Part shown: positions 62,540 through 64,000 of the stretch, piece by piece
Numbering within the stretch: the first letter of the stretch is position 1
Layout: every line of letters begins with the position of its first letter
Origin: Felis catus
Lineage: Eukaryota
Length of the DNA: 64,000 bases
NCBI RefSeq assembly: GCF_018350175.1
Contig: NC_058368.1
Span: 97,590,001 to 97,654,000, forward strand
Reading direction: 5' to 3'
Made by a program: the position numbers and the translations under genes
Notes under the pieces: generated by a model
What the model saw: only the letters and a program-made list of their open reading frames with translations
The model's database searches: none
Told to the model about the DNA's origin: nothing

Positions 62540-62990
62540 AACAATAATGCTCGTTGCTATTTAATCCCTCACTGTATATCCCGTGGTTCTCTATACGTCC
62601 TGATAGGGATTCTGTGAGGTAGATGATGTTATTCTTATTTGAATGAGAATAAAATCGCTCAGAGAGGTGAAGTAACTTGCAATACTATAAAACCAGGAAG
62701 TGGCAGGGCATCTGGGTGGCTCAGTCAGTTCAATGTCCGACTTTGGCTCATGTCATGATCTCACAGTTCGTGGGTTCGAGCCCCTCATTGGGCTCTGTGC
62801 AGACAGCTCAGAGCCTGGAGCCTGCTTCGGATTCTCTGTCTCCCTCTCTCTCTGCCCCTCTCTCATTCTCACTCTGTCTCTCTCTCTCAAAAATAAACAT
62901 TAAACAAAACAAAACAAAACAAGAAACACCCAGGAAGTGGCATAGCTGGACTGTGAACCAGGCCTAGCAGACCCCAGCATATTTGTCCAT
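62540..62990. mobile_element. MIR (-) interrupted by a plus-strand CanSINE (62706-62925)
   Basis: TSD ccaggaagtggca; tgtgaggtagatgatgttatt..gctcagagaggtgaagtaacttgc. Confidence 0.85.
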
Positions 62991-63090
62991 TGCATTCCAC
63001 TTGGCTTCCTTTTTGCCGAGTTTCTGGTAGGCTCAAGACAGTGTTATTGCTATGGAGGATAAAAATAAAATCAAGAAACCTACCGTGTAT

Positions 63091-63333
63091 GGGGCACCTG
63101 GGTGACTCAGTTAGTTAAGTGACTGAGTCTTGATCTTGGCTCAGGTCACGATCTCACAGGTTTATGAGATGGAGCCCCGCATTGGGGTCTACGCTGACTG
63201 TGTGGAGCCTGCTTGGTATTCTCTCTGTCTCTCTGCCCCTCCCACAATCATGCGTGTGCTTGTGTGCACCCTCTCTCTCTCTCTCTCTCTTTCCTCTCTC
63301 TCTCTCTCCAAATAAATTAACTTAGAAAGCAAG

Positions 63334-63388
<55 letters not shown>

Positions 63389-63390
63389 AA
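63091..63390 (+). mobile_element. CanSINE with (AAAG)n tail
   Basis: TSD aagaaacctac(c/t)gtgta. Confidence 0.93.
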
Positions 63391-63521
63391 CCTACTGTGT
63401 AGTTGGGAATAAGACAGGTATGCCCCTAAAGGTAATTCACAGACAACCTGTGATAGGTACCCGGAATGTGTTACCAAGGAAGTTGAACTGAGGTGTCATG
63501 GGGGTTAAAGGGAGAGGCTGA

Positions 63522-63745
63522 GGGGCTCCTGGGTGGCTCAGTCAGTTAAGCCTCCAACTTCGGCCCAGGTCATGATCTCACATTTTGTGAGTTTGAGCCC
63601 TACTTCTGGCTCTGTGCTGACAGCTCAGAGCCTGGATCCTGCTTCGGATTCTGTGTCTCCCTCTCTCTCTGCCCCTTCCCTTCTTGCACTCTCTCTCTCT
63701 CTCTCTCTCTCAAAAATAAAGAAGCATTAAAAAAAAAAGGGGGGG
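63522..63745 (+). mobile_element. CanSINE inside an L2 remnant
   Basis: TSD gggagagg(c/a)tgag. Confidence 0.93.
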
Positions 63746-64000
63746 GGAGAGGATGAGATCACGCATGCTGGTTGGGATGCTCAAAGTCTTCATTGAGGCA
63801 GTGCACTTGGAATTGGGCCTTGCAGGACTGGTAGAATCTTGCTCAGTGGGGATAGATAAGGGAACAATTTGTGGGTAGTAGCGATTATCAAATGTACAGG
63901 GAAATCAATAAGCTTCTAAAGAGATTATTAGATAATATAGATGCATGTATCTTTATATATGTCCATGTGTGTCTTGTGTGTGCCTGGATACAGTCACCCA

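Noticed and set aside
635..63730. Dozens of ORFs with MAQSVK..AQVMIS..SSSPASGSVLTAQSLEPASDSVSPSLS or ERGRGRERGRHRI motifs
   Set aside because: They are translations of CanSINE copies, not a gene family.
1..64000. tRNA genes, CRISPR arrays or prokaryotic systems
   Set aside because: tRNA-like A/B boxes belong to SINE heads; there is no regularly spaced repeat-spacer array and the DNA is mammalian.

Overview
Mammalian nuclear DNA, almost certainly felid: about 65 carnivore tRNA-derived CanSINEs of the SINEC_Fc type, carnivore L1 3' ends, and ancient eutherian repeats (MIR, L2, L1M, MLT1 LTRs, MER5/MER20/MER47/MER91/MER104-type DNA transposons). I find no convincing host coding exon, RNA gene or CRISPR array; nearly all listed ORFs come from SINE, L1 or L2 sequence. 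Young L1 pieces are mostly on the minus strand, suggesting a large intron of an unidentified plus-strand gene. The strongest signal is four separate ~0.6-kb L1-derived insertions (9.6, 24.2, 40.6, 46.9 kb) that share the same 5' end (GGGAATGCAA) and the same 54-nt 3'UTR deletion, pointing to a discrete non-autonomous, SINE-like family. Also seen: a tiny polyadenylated LTR-like retrocopy, several short templated duplications and snap-back repair scars, and a few promoter-, enhancer- and exon-like unique segments. Family names come from recalled consensus sequences, not a database search, and old-repeat boundaries are approximate.
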